DNA of 64,000 bases from Nemertoderma westbladi (lineage: Eukaryota; Animalia; Xenacoelomorpha): contig JAUCBJ010004655.1 of NCBI GenBank assembly GCA_032718475.1, positions 5,988 through 69,987 on the forward strand, given 5' to 3'. This document shows positions 1 to 12,480 of this stretch, piece by piece; position 1 is the stretch's first letter, and every line of letters begins with the position of its first letter. The notes under the pieces are model-generated. The model did not search any database, was not told the origin of the DNA, and worked only from the letters and a program-made list of their open reading frames with translations. Both the position numbers and the translations under genes were made by a program.

Positions 1-423
1 CGCACTCAGTATACAGTGTTCCATTGGTTTGGAGGGGAAACGCACTCAGTGTACAGGGTTCCATTGGTTTGGAGAGGAAACGCACTCAGTATACAGGGTT
101 CCATTGGTTTGGAGGGGAAACGCATTCAGTATACAGGGCTCCATTGGTTTGGAGGGGAAACGCACTCAGTATACAGGGTTCCATTGGTTTGGAGGGGAAA
201 CGCACTCAGTATACAGGGTTCCATTGGTTTGGAGGGGAAACGCATTCAGTATACAGGGTTCCATTGGTTTGGAGGGGAAACGCATTCAGTATACAGGGCT
301 CCATTGGTCTGGAGGGGAAACGCACTCAGTATACAGGGTTCCATTGGTTTGGAGGGGAAACGCACTCAGTATACAAGGTTTCATTGGTTTGGAGGGGAAA
401 CGCACTCAGTATACAGGGTTCCA
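1..423. repeat. 40-bp tandem repeat, ~10.5 copies visible, truncated at window start
   Basis: Unit CGCACTCAGTATACAGGGTTCCATTGGTTTGGAGGGGAAA repeated near-perfectly. Confidence 0.95.
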
Positions 424-917
424 CATGGTTTATATACATGGTTTACTGTAAAATTGATTTTCTTATTTGTTTTTACAGTCGTTCTTGGGAATTCAGTATT
501 TTAATGTTAATTCGATTTACCGATCTGTTAATAATTAAATATTGCTATATATGTAATAGTAAAATAAATTGGATGAGGGGCGCCATATTAAATAAAAACA
601 ACTACAATTAATCATGAAATATTGGAAAATCTCAATCTATAGTAAACCTGAATGATTTACCTAAAAAAATTGAATGATTATTGATTGTAGACCTATGGAA
701 AAACGTCAATTAAAATATATTTTTAAAAAGAAAAAAATTTTTAAAAAAATTTTTTTTTTTTCACCATTCCAACTATTCATTGTCCGACAAGATGTGCAGA
801 TACATCCTGTCGGACAAGATCCAATATCAATTTGGGATCGTTCACGTGAACAGAGTGGAAAAGTCTGAGTATCTATTTTATATCTTCTGTATATATTTTA
901 GTCGACATTTTTTTTAG

Positions 918-1091
918 ATTGTTTCATTTACAATGGGGGGTCTGTATGGAGGTCACCTTGAATATGACGGTGTGGCAGCAGTTGAACTCAATGTTGGCAT
1001 GTTTTTTAACGGTCCACACCTTTGTGGACTCTGCGGCAACTGGGATTTCGAGCCATTTAATGACTTCTTGAATCCAAATGGAGAACCCGTA
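918..1091 (+). CDS. Exon 1 (window numbering): VWD domain C-terminal part
   Basis: tttttag|ATT ... GTA|gtaagt; IVSFTMGG...HLCGLCGNWDFEPFNDFLNPNGEPV contains the VWD CGLCGN motif; phase 0-0. Confidence 0.9.
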
Positions 1092-1557
1092 GTAAGTTAT
1101 AATAGTGTTTATGTTTTTTTTCTCTACTGATATATTTTTATAATGTAGTAAATATTTATTTTGAACCACATTTCCATAGGTAACGTTGAACTAGTTGAAA
1201 AACAAGTGTTTCTGTATAATATATACATATGTTCCACGTTATGTCTAACTAATTATGATGTATGATCGGGGAGGTGTGCACATTATTATGAATTAGTGTC
1301 AACAATCAACACAACACAACACAACACTTACTATAGGAGATATATATGTAGGAGATTGCCACAAACATTAATTATTTTAGTTAGATATATTTTTGTAAAA
1401 CTCATACAGACCAGTAGGTTGAATGCAATCATCCTTCTCGTATGGTAAATCAAACTTATCAGAAACATGGTTATATCAGCTATATCAAACATTCGTATTT
1501 TATGCAAATAATAAATAATAATGAACTAATTATTTACATATACTGATTGAAATTTAG

Positions 1558-1674
1558 AATCACCAGGAATTTGTTGCTGCTTGGTCCCTCGGCGATTGCG
1601 ATCCTGCTGATGTACCAGGCGGTGTGTGTGATTCGCTCACATCCTCGGAAAGACACGCTGCTGCAGAACACGAG
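1558..1674 (+). CDS. Exon 2: end of VWD and linker
   Basis: tttag|AAT ... GAG|gttaga; NHQEFVAAWSLGDCDPADVPGGVCDSLTSSERHAAAEHE (F..AW motif ending VWD); phase 0-0. Confidence 0.8.
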
Positions 1675-2184
1675 GTTAGAATCAAAAAATTTACTTTATT
1701 TGTTAATAATTTTGTTTAAGTACAATCAGAACATTTCTTTTATGAAGAAATTATGTTATAATCGGTGAAAGTCTAACGAGTTGCCTAATTAATTTATTTG
1801 TAATTTATTTTTGTGTTTTTAATCTTTGTTGGAGAGTTGAATTTAGATATGCTAACTGTGATAACAAAAGCACGATGTCTTGAGGTTAATGTCAAGCTAC
1901 TAATTAATATATAAGCTTATCATGGTTGTGCTTCACTTACACATCCTAGTTTACAGGAGTGTCATTCCTATCCATATTTAAAACTAGCCCAGACGGGAGT
2001 TTAGCCACTGGACTTCAATTCACAGATCACCATCTGGAAATATATAAAATTATTAAGAAGCTCTTAGCTTCTTTCCTGTCTCAATTCGATTCGATTTTTG
2101 GACAACATGGTGATGGTGAAGTAAAAAAAACGTGTTCTGGTATTTAGCTCCCTGATTGGCTAGAGCTACAATAAGGCCTGGCCT

Positions 2185-2565
2185 GCTATACTACAATAAT
2201 ATACTATTAGTAGGCACACTGGGAAAGGCTATTCAGCTGGCGGGTTAATTAATACATTACAAACTTGTGTAAGCCTACTACAGTACAGTAATATAATATT
2301 AGTTGGCACACTGGGAAGAGCTATTCAGCTGGCGGCGGGATAATACATTACATTATAAACTACTACCATAACATATAACATAGGCCTACTATATTACAAT
2401 AATATACTACTAGTTGGCACACTGGGAAGAGCTATTCAGCTGGCGGGATAATACATTACAAACTACTACAATAACATAGGCCTACTATATTACTGTACAA
2501 TAATATACTATTAGTTGGCACACTGGGAAGAACTATTCAGCTGGCGGGATAATACATTACAAACA
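2185..2565. repeat. Degenerate ~92-111 bp tandem repeat, ~4 copies
   Basis: Core TTAGTTGGCACACTGGGAAGAGCTATTCAGCTGGCGGGATAATACATTACAAAC recurs at ~2206, 2298, 2409 and 2510. Confidence 0.85.
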
Positions 2566-3331
2566 TCAGATTTGTTGACCCCAAAAACCTTTTAATCCCA
2601 AAAAACTACTCAGCCATATGATAAACAATTGCGATTTTTCAACTAACAAATAAATTAATTACACCTAAATCCAATACAGCAATCCAAATTGTAATATGTG
2701 AAAAATTATCGCTAATATAACATTAGTGGAAAATTATTACATTACCCTGCAGTGGAATTATATTTTGCATTAGTTACATTAATTTATCGGTATTTTTTTA
2801 TCTATTTAAATTTTTGATGCGATTTCTAGTTACCGATATATAGCAATTAATGTACAACACGCCAGTGTAAATATTACTCATTCCCCATTCAGTCACAGAT
2901 AGACAGATCGGCTCGACTATAGTATTAATTCACTAATTTAAATTGCATCACCAACCAAATTGTATCAGTAAAAATTATTTTTTTGACAATTGATTTTTTT
3001 GTATTACTTCTCAGTGCCCCAGTTTTCTCATTGTAGGCCTATAATTCGATTGGTGCTGCTCCTGCATCTGTTGTCTGTTATGGACGCAACAACTTCCTCT
3101 CTTACGAAAATACCAAACAGTACGTTCGTATCAAAATCGGTTTCATTTGTCTGTAGCCGCATGAAACTGTATCGCATCAATGATCGAACTGCTTTTGGAA
3201 TCAAAGCACATATTTGAAAATTGATAATTTTGTGTCCAAGCCGATTTGAAATCCTCATAAAGTTATGCTACAGATGAATAAAATCAATTAATGTGAGAAA
3301 TTAACCCAAGGAGGGGGAGGGTTCCCCCTTA

Positions 3332-3681
3332 GCGGCCGTCCAAGTATGACGTCAGCACTTTAGGGGTGGAGGGGGGTTGGGAAAATCTGATGACGTGCTG
3401 ATGAGGGGAGGGGAGGGGGTCAGCCAAAATCTGACGTCAGCATGTTCATTTATAGGTGCTAGAAGAGGTATAGCAGAAGAGTAAATAGCTTCGAAGGCCC
3501 GTAGCACGACCTTCTGTTTCAGTTACCAGTCACCATCTTTCAGTGATTAGGACGCAAAATTTTTTTTAATCTGATTTAGGGGAGGGGGGTGGGTCAACGC
3601 CTATCTGATGACATCTGATTTAGGGGAGGGAGGGGGTCAACATTTTGGTGAAAAGTGCAGACGTCATACTTGGACGGCCCC
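3332..3681. mobile_element. MITE, PIF/Harbinger (Tourist)-like
   Basis: ~30-bp TIR G(C/G)GGCCGTCCAAGTATGACGTC(A/T)GCACTTT at both ends, flanked by TTA (3329-3331 and 3682-3684); internal G-rich subterminal repeats. Confidence 0.85.
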
Positions 3682-4254
3682 TTAAATATACTTTGAGTAA
3701 AACTTAAGGTGGCGTAGTCCTAGATGATTTATTCTAAATGGTGTTCCTGTTGTGGTTTCACCACATTTTTGACTATTCAATGGTAACTACTGTTTAGTGG
3801 TTTGGCTCTGGTTGAATTTCCCCTGATTTGTGAATAATAAAGCAAAATCAATATCCAAGTCAGCCGCTAGGTCAATAAATATAAGTAAGTATTTCAATAT
3901 TCAGAATTCAAAAGAAAAGTTTATCATAAAATATGATGAAATATGATGGTCAATAAATATAAGTAATAAAAAGTAATGTAAAGTTTAATAACAAACAAAA
4001 ATCTAAAGGAAAATAATTATTGTAGTATGGGACAGATAACAAAAGTTTTCATTTTTCGAGTGCTATATTTCAAATCGTAAAATATAATACACTTCTTAAT
4101 TTACTTTATTTTACGGCATATATATAACGACGACTTAAAAAAAAACATAAATACATTATATTGACATGCGTACTATTATATATCTAAAATTTAATATACA
4201 CCACGATACATTAGTTAATACATTTTATTGTCGACAGTTTATATTATACTTTAG

Positions 4255-4462
4255 TGCCTAGGTATTCTAAATGTGGCGAGTCTTGCGGAATGTTCCAGTA
4301 TGCCATTCGTTGAAAACATCTTAATTTCCTGCTTTGAAAATATGTGCGACGCCCTTCCCGATAACCCAAGAGCCAAATGTCAATACTTCGAGGCTTTAGT
4401 ACGTCTGTGTCAGAATGCAGGTGTGGTCATGCAGGGAGACTGGAGACAACAGACTTCATGTG
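4255..4462 (+). CDS. Exon 3: C8 domain
   Basis: ctttag|TGC ... TGT G|gttagt; CLGILNVASLAEC...SCFENMC...CQYFEALVRLC...DWRQQTSC is a typical C8 pattern; phase 0-1. Confidence 0.92.
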
Positions 4463-4524
4463 GTTAGTATCTAATAATTAAAATAATTTTGACTAGACAA
4501 TAGGCTGCAGACAACATACTGGAT

Positions 4525-7500
4525 GTAACAGTCTGGTTGTGGTTGTGGGTTGTATCAAATAATTCAGACTCATAACGACTGGAGACTTCAATCTGGTTGT
4601 TGGTAGTATCAAATAACTGGGGACAGTAGCAGTCTGGTTGTTGTTAGTATCAAATAATTCAGACTCATAAAGACTAGAGACTTCAATCTGGTTGTGGGGA
4701 TAGTATCAAATAACTGGGGACAGTAGCAGTCTGGTTGTTGTTAGTATCAAATAATTCAGACTCATAAAGACTGGAGACTTCAATCTGGTTGTGGGGGTAG
4801 TATCAAATACCTGGGGACAGTAGCAGTCTGGTTGTTGTTAGTATCAAATAATTCAGACTCATAAAGACTGGAGACTTCAATCTGGTTGTGGGGGTAGTAT
4901 CAAATAATTCAGACTCATAAAGACTGGAGACTTCAATCTGGTTGTTGGTAGTATCAAATAACTGGGGACAGTAGCAGTCTGGTTGTTGTTAGTATTAAAT
5001 AATTCAGACTCATAAAGACTGGAGACTTCAATCTGGTTGTTGGTAGTATCAAATAACTGGGGACAGTAAGTAGCAGTCTGGTCGTGGGTAGTATCAAATA
5101 ATTCAGACTCATAAAGACTGGAGACTTCAATCTGGTTGTGGGGGTAGTATCAAATAACTGGGGACAGTAGCAGTCTGGTTGTTGTTAGTATCAAATAATT
5201 CAGACTCCTAAAGACTGGAGACTTCAATCTGGTTGTGGGGGTAGTATCAAATAACTGGGGACAGTAGCAGTCTGGTTGTTGTTAGTATCAAATAATTCAG
5301 ACTCATCAACACTGGAGACTTCAATCTGGTTGTGGGGGTAGTATCAAATAACTGGAGACAGTAGCAGTCTGGTCGTGGGTTGTATCAAATAATTCAGACT
5401 CATAAAGACTGGAGACTTCAATCTGGTTGTTGGTAGTATATAATACTGTAACTGGGGACAGTAGCAGTCTGGTTGTTGTTAGTATCAAATAATTCAGACT
5501 CATAAAGACTGGAGACTTCAATCTGGTTGTTGGTAGTATCAAATAACTGGGGACAGTTGTAGCAGTCTGGTTGTTGTTAGTATCAAATAATTCAGACTCA
5601 TAAAGACTGGAGACTTCAATCTGGTTGTTGGTAGTATCAAATAACTGGGGACAGTAAGTAGCAGTCTGGTCGTGGGTAGTATCAAATAATTCAGACTCAT
5701 AAAGACTGGAGACTTCAATCTGGTTGTTGGTAGTATTAAATAACTGGGGACAGTAGCAGTCTGGTAGTTGTTAGTATCAAATAATTCAGACTCATAAAGA
5801 CTGGAGACTTCAATCTGGTTGTTGGTAGTATCAAATAACTGGGGACAGTTGTAGCAGTCTGGTTGTTGTTAGTATCAAATAATTCAGACTCATAAAGACT
5901 GGAGACTTCAATCTGGTTGTTGGTAGTATCAAATAACTGGGGACAGTAAGTAGCAGTCTGGTCGTGGGTAGTATCAAATAATTCAGACTCATAAAGACTG
6001 GAGACTTCAATCTGGTTGTTGGTAGTATTAAATAACTGGGGACAGTAGCAGTCTGGTTGTTGTTAGTATTAAATAATTCAGACTCATAAAGACTGGAGAC
6101 TTCAATATGATTGTTGGTAGTATAAAATAACTGGGAACAGTAAGTAGCAGTCTGGTCGTGGGTAGTATCAAATAATTCAGACTCATAAAGACTGGAGACT
6201 TCAATCTGGTTGTTGGTAGTATATAATACTGTAACTGGGGACAGTAGCAGTCTGGTTGTTGTTAGTATCAAATAATTCAGACTCATAAAGACTGGAGACT
6301 TCAATCTGGTTGTTGGTAGTATCAAATAACTGGGGACAGTAGCAGTCTGGCCGTGGGTTGTATCAAATAATTCAGACTCATAAAGACTGTAGACTTCAAT
6401 CTGGTTGTTGGTAGTATCAATTACCTGGGGACAGTAGCAGTCTGGTTGTTGTTAGTATCAAATAATTCAGACTCATAATGACTGGAGACTTCAATCTGGT
6501 TGTTGGTAGTATCAAATAACTGGGGACAGTTGTAGCAGTCTGGTTGATGTTAGTATCAAATAATTCAGACTCATAAAGACTGGAGACTTCAATCTGGTTG
6601 TTGGTAGTATCAAATAACTGGGGACAGTAGCAGTCTGGTTGTTGTTAGTATTAAATAATTCAGACTCATAAAGACTGGAGACTTCAATCTGGTTGTTGGT
6701 AGTATCAAATAACTGGGGACATTAGCAGTCTGGTTGTTGTTAGTATCAAATAATTCATACTGATAAAGACTGGAGACTTCAATCTGGTTGTGGGGGTAGT
6801 ATCAAATAACTGGGGACAGTAGCAGTCTGGTTGTGGGTTGTATCAAATAACTGGGGACAATACTGTAGCAGTCTGGTTGTTGTTAGTATCAAATAATTCA
6901 GACTCAAAAAGACTGGAGACTTCAATCTGGTTGTTGGTAGTATCAAATAACTGGGGACAGTAGCAGTCTGGTTGTTGTTAGTATTAAATAATTCAGACTC
7001 ATAAAGACTGGAGACTTCAATCTGGTTGTTGGTAGTATCAAATAACTGGGGACAGTTGTAGCAGTCTGGTTGATGTTAGTATCAAATAATTCAGACTCAT
7101 AAAGACTGGAGACTTCAATCTGGTTGTTGGTAGTATCAAATAACTGGGGACAGTAGCAGTCTGGTTGTTGTTAGTATTAAATAATTCAGACTCATAAAGA
7201 CTGGAGACTTCAATCTGGTTGTTGGTAGTATCAAATAACTGGGGACATTAGCAGTCTGGTTGTTGTTAGTATCAAATAATTTATACTGATAAAGACTGGA
7301 GACTTCAATCTGGTTGTGGGGGTAGTATCAAATAACTGGGGACAGTAGCAGTCTGGTTGTGGGTTGTATCAAATAACTGGGGACAATACTGTAGCAGTCT
7401 GGTTGTTGTTAGTATCAAATAATTCAGACTCATAAAGACTAGAGACTTCAATCTGGTTGTGGGGGTAGTATCAAATAACTGGGGACAGTAGCAGTCTGGT

Positions 7501-7965
7501 TGTGGGTTGTATCAAATAATTCAGACTCATAAAGACTGGAGACTTCAATCTGGTTGTTGGTAGTATAAAATAACTGGGGACAGTTGTAGCAGTCTGGTTG
7601 TTGTTAGTATCAAATAATTCAGACTCATAAAGACTGGAGACTTCAATCTGGTTGTTGGTAGTATAAAATAACTGGGGACAGTAGCAGTCTGGTTGTTGTT
7701 AGTATCAAATAATTCAGACTCATAAAGACTGGAGACTTCAATCTGGTTGTTGGTAGTATAAAATAACTGGGGACAGTAGCAGTCTGGTTGTTGTTAGTAT
7801 CAAATAATTCAGACTCATAAAGACTAGAGACTTCAATATGGTTTATTGGTAGGCTCAAATAATTCAAACGCAAAACTACTGGAGACAGCAAGGTCTGGTT
7901 GTGGGTTGAATCAAATTATTCAGACTCACTGGAGGTAGCATATTGGTTGTGGGAGTAGCAGTCTG
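4525..7965. repeat. Intronic minisatellite, ~95-bp dimeric unit, related to the exon 3 end and donor
   Basis: Unit GTAGCAGTCTGGTTGTTGTTAGTATCAAATAATTCAGACTCATAAAGACTGGAGACTTCAATCTGGTTGTTGGTAGTATCAAATAACTGGGGACA, made of two related subunits. Confidence 0.95.
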
Positions 7966-8606
7966 CAAAATTTCTGTCGTAGTTCTGACTATGTCCTCTA
8001 GTTCTACAAGATGTATCGCGCTTGAAACATAATTCAGGGTTTAAGTCAACCAAACCGTTTATTATTTTGTACACAAATGAAATTGCAGTCGTTCAATATA
8101 AGATAGACTTTGGTCTAAATTGCTTCGAAGTAATCGACGTGTAAAAATCTTTGCACCGATTCTAGGCGGTCACTTTGCCCTAAATAAGGTCTGCTGTTGG
8201 AGTGGGGGTTCCAAACGCAACGGTCTCGGTCTTGCATAAACTTTATATGCAGTTACCAAAGGGATAGGTCTAATTAAGGACAATACTGTTGTATTGATGC
8301 CCGTTTAACTATAGTTTTAATATATTCGCCAAAATTCAATTTGTTATTAATAATTACACCGAGGTCCCTATGATTAATAACGTTACTACTGCATTAATTG
8401 TATTTTCTGCGACAAGTGTCGGTCGACCGATACTTAGTACTTTACATTTCTTTTTAGCATCTCTCAACTGCCACCCTTTGGACCACTTGACGAATATATC
8501 AATAGTTTCCTGCAGTAGAAAACGTTCAGTAATGTTTGAAAATTTAAAAATATTTTCGCATCACTGGAAATATTATCTGTTAGGTCTCCTACATACATTC
8601 CAAAGT

Positions 8607-8800
8607 GTCCGGTCCGGTCCGGTCCGGTCCGGTCCGGTCCGGTCCGGTCCGGTCCGGTCCGGTCCGGTCCGGTCCGGTCCGGTCCGGTCCGGTCCGGTCC
8701 GGTCCGGTCCGGTCCGGTCCGGTCCGGTCCGGTCCGGTCCGGTCCGGTCCGGTCCGGTCCGGTCCGGTCCGGTCCGGTCCGGTCCGGTCCGGTGGTCCGG
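8607..8800. repeat. (GTCCG)n pentanucleotide microsatellite
   Basis: Perfect GTCCG run of about 37 units. Confidence 0.98.
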
Positions 8801-9155
8801 ATAATGTTCCTTGGGCTATTCCCGATTATACTATTTGATATTTTGAAAAAGAGTTGCCCACCTTTACCCGTTGCACCCTATCATTGAAAAATTTCGTGTA
8901 CCGATTAATGACACCGGCACAGCACGCGCCACACGGTACGTACCGATAACGGCTTATGCAGCTTGTGTTGTCTGCATCTGTGATGAATGACTTACTGTTA
9001 GGCCTACCTAACTTAATCATACTGAAAGTATAGTTACTTTATTTCACGCCGTGAGATATACAGTAGGCCCCTAGCCCATATCATATCATTGAGTTTACTT
9101 GTTATCGCGGCGTATTTTACGCCGACTTGAAAATAAAGATTTATATATTTTTCAG

Positions 9156-9355
9156 AGATTGAATGTGGGGAAAATATGGAATACGAGGTTTGTCACCTTC
9201 CCTGTCAATCGTCGTGCACTAACATTGAACCGAGTTGTAGTGAGGAGAGTTGCGTAGAAGGTTGTTTTTGCGCCGCCGGTAAGACCTACGACCAAGGTGA
9301 ATGTGTAGATGCCCAGCAATGCGGTTGTCGCCATACCAACGGTAATTACTACTCG
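9156..9355 (+). CDS. Exon 4: TIL domain
   Basis: tttcag|AG ATT GAA TGT ... TCG|gtgagt; CGENMEYEVCHLPCQSSC...CVEGCFC...CVDAQQCGC is a 10-Cys TIL; phase 1-0. Confidence 0.95.
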
Positions 9356-9649
9356 GTGAGTCTATCATAAAACAAATCAAGAAGATATTGTGTACGGGAA
9401 ATTTTTGTTTCTCTTACAGTAGCTTTTATATGCAAATTAGTATATTAGACCTCTACTACCACAGAATATGATTCAAATATTATATTATAATACTGAATTT
9501 CAATGGTGTCAGGCGGCAGAGGTTTATCTGTTCACCAATTTTGTTCTGTATTATTCTAAATTAAAGCCCGATGAAATATGTAAAGGCAAATGTACGCACA
9601 ATTGATTCTACTGTAGGCCTACCACACGTACCTACACCTATACACACTT

Positions 9650-10715
9650 CCTTCCGAACAGCCAAGTAAACTTAGAATCATGGATAATGATACCAATTCC
9701 GATAGATAGGGGAATGCTAATTAAAAACAAGGATTCACGGTTCATATACTAATCGATAGATTGGGGCGGCAATAATGTGAACGATACCTCTAGGAACGCA
9801 GGCAAAAATATCCCTGATGATAAAGAACTTAAATCACACTTTGAAGGTTTACTAAACCCGGCGGCTGATGCAGTGAAGATTTCGAATCTTCTCACCACAT
9901 ACTTCATTTGGATGACCAGTTCAGTGCGAAGGAACTTGCAGAATCTATGGCGAATATAGAGAACTCTAAATCATATTGATACAGTTTGGGGTAGGGCGGG
10001 TTGACCTCGGTGTGACTAATGAAATGAACAACTCGAAATCATATTGATACAGTTTGGGGTAGGGCGGGTTGACCTCGGTGTCACTAATGAAATGAACAAC
10101 TCGAAATCATATTGATACAGTTTGGGGTAGGGCGGGTTGACCTCGGTGTCACTAATGAAATGAACAACTCGAAATCATATTGATACAGTTTGGGGTAGGG
10201 CGGGTTGACCTCGGTGTCACTAATGAAATGAACAACTCGAAATCATATTGATACAGTTTGGGGTCGGGCGGGTTGACCTCGGTGTCACTAATGAAATGAA
10301 CAACTCGAAATCATATTGATACAGTTTGGGGTAGGGCGGGTTGACCTCGGTGTAACTAATGAAATGAACAACTCGAAATCATATTGATACAGTTTGGGGT
10401 AGGGCGGGTTGACCTCGGTGTCACTAATGAAATGAACAACTCGAAATCATATTGATACAGTTTGGGGTAGGGCGGGTTGACCTCGGTGTGACTAATGAAA
10501 TGAACAACTCGAAATCATATTGATACAGTTTGGGGTAGGGCGGGTTGACCTCGGTGTCACTAATGAAATGAACAACTCGAAATCATAGGAATCTCTCCTG
10601 GTGTATTTAAATCTCTTCCTGGCTGTTGACTAATATTTTTCCTTTTTCTTTTTAATTGTTGTATATTAAAATCTGGTAATGGACTCGATTGTAATAACTT
10701 CCGAGGTATCTATAA
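9650..10715 (+). mobile_element. Highly degraded LINE (non-LTR) ORF2 remnant, interrupted by a 68-bp array
   Basis: Broken frames give KELKSHFEGLLNP...LDDQFSAKEL... then GISPGVFKSLP...KSGNGLDCNNFRGI, resembling the pre-RT/RT domain 0 region. Confidence 0.55.
9968..10587. repeat. 68-bp tandem repeat, 9 copies
   Basis: Unit AAATCATATTGATACAGTTTGGGGTAGGGCGGGTTGACCTCGGTGTCACTAATGAAATGAACAACTCG; TCATA recurs at 9971, 10039, 10107 ... 10583. Confidence 0.97.
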
Positions 10716-11498
10716 AGTCGACCTTAGGTATATGATATTATAGTCAGTAAAAGTTAGTTGCTTCGGGTGATTTGGATAGGTGTTAGGCTGGTGGGCAAAA
10801 AGGTCGTAAATGTTTGGAGCAAATTACACCACACGATTAAAATATTGATTTTTCCATATATAAGAAACTGAAAGTATATGTCCGCGTCCCACGCAAGAAA
10901 CCACCTTAGTATCTAAAAAGTCTCGTGGTGTGGGAAGGTTATGTTGCTAGCCCTAGCCCTACGTGCACTTTATAGTAATATTTAATACAAAATATATAAA
11001 CCATCTACTCGATATAGTGACGTTATTCTGCTACATGCCCCTCTCCCTTTTTTGGACACCTTCTTCAAACTCTTTTAGCTATAGAGACTGAAAGCAAAAA
11101 AATTATGGCTCACCCACGAAAGAGGAGAGTGGGGAAACTATCTCTATTTCAAATTTCATGCTAGTGAACCAATTTGACCTGTTCCATTACAGTAAGAATG
11201 TTTGAAGCAATATATTAACTACTGTAGAACTGAACGATTTGAACCGTGCTCCACTCGGTACATTAAAGTCGGTAAGACATTAAGTCCTTTGTTAAAAAAT
11301 ATAAGAATTTATTTGGACTAAAGGTATATCCGTAGGACTATCTAAGTCCAAAACCCTGAACCTATCAAGCACACAATCAATAAACTGAAAATAGAATATC
11401 GAATTTTGTAAGGAGAACGGCGTGATACCTATAGTATTGATTGGTGATTAATATAGGACCATGATTAATATTAAATAATTAAAATGTGAATCTTCTAG

Positions 11499-11661
11499 GT
11501 GGGTGAAACCGTAATCAATGCTGATTGCAGCCAGAAATGTAGCTGTACTATGGACCACACAATGGAATGCATCTCTGTGAATTGTCAAGACAATTCCGTG
11601 TGCTCCAATGTAGACGGAATATATGGTTGTCAGTGCGAGGAGGACTACGAAATGGCTCCGG
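11499..11661 (+). CDS. Exon 5: TILa / EGF-like module
   Basis: tcttctag|GTG ... CCG G|gttcgt; VGETVINADCSQKCSC...CQDNSVCSNVDGIYGCQC; phase 0-1. Confidence 0.88.
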
Positions 11662-11698
11662 GTTCGTACTCAAATAATAATTGATTGTTTTCATCAGA

Positions 11699-12402
11699 GC
11701 CGTCACTCGGCCGTCACTCAACCGTCACTCGGCCGTCACTCGGCCGTCACTCGGCCGTCACTCGGCCGTCACTCGGCCGTCACTCGGCCGTCACTCGGCC
11801 GTCACTCGGCCGTCACTCGGCCGTCACTCGGCTGTCACTCGGCCGTCACTCGGCCGTCACTCGGCCGTTACTCGGCCGTCACTCGGCCGTCACTCGGTCG
11901 TCACTCGGCCGTCACTCGGCCGTCATTCAGCCGTCACTCAGCCGTCACTCGACCGTCACTCGGCCGTCACTCGGCCGTCACTCAGCCGTCACTTGGCCGT
12001 CACTCAGCCGTCACTCGGCCGTCACTCAGCCGTCACTCAGCCGCCACTCAGCCGTCACTTGGCCGTCGCTCAGCCGTCACTCGGCCGTCACTTGGCCGTC
12101 ACTCAGCCGTCACTCGGCTCAACCGTCACTCGGCCGTCACTCAGCCGTCACTCGGCCGTCACTCAGCCGTCAATCAGCCGCCACTCAGCCGTCACTTGGC
12201 CGTCACTCAGCCGTCACTCAGCCGTCACTCGGTAGTCACTCAGCCGTCACTCGGCCGTCACTCAGCCGTCACTCAGCCGCCACTCAGCCGTCACTTGGCC
12301 GTCACTCAGCCGTCACTCAGCCGTCACTCGGCCGTCACTCAGCCGTCACTCGGTCGTCACTCACCCGTCACTCGGCCGTCACTCAGCCGTCACTCGGCAC
12401 TC
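11699..12402. repeat. 11-bp minisatellite (GCCGTCACTCR)n
   Basis: About 64 tandem copies of CCGTCACTCGG/CCGTCACTCAG. Confidence 0.97.
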
Positions 12403-12480
12403 GACTTTGGCCATTAAATGATTATCGCAGCTGAAAAATATTTACAATAATTATTTCTTGTTTTATTTTTCAATATTCAG

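Noticed and set aside
1-423. 40-bp array as a further donor-derived satellite
   Set aside because: Plausible, but the upstream exon lies outside the window, so it cannot be tested here.
11623-12434. Ser/Thr/Pro-rich ORFs resembling a mucin PTS domain
   Set aside because: An 11-bp repeat gives the same peptide in all frames; no splice sites link it to the gene, and the exon 5 frame stops at 11684.
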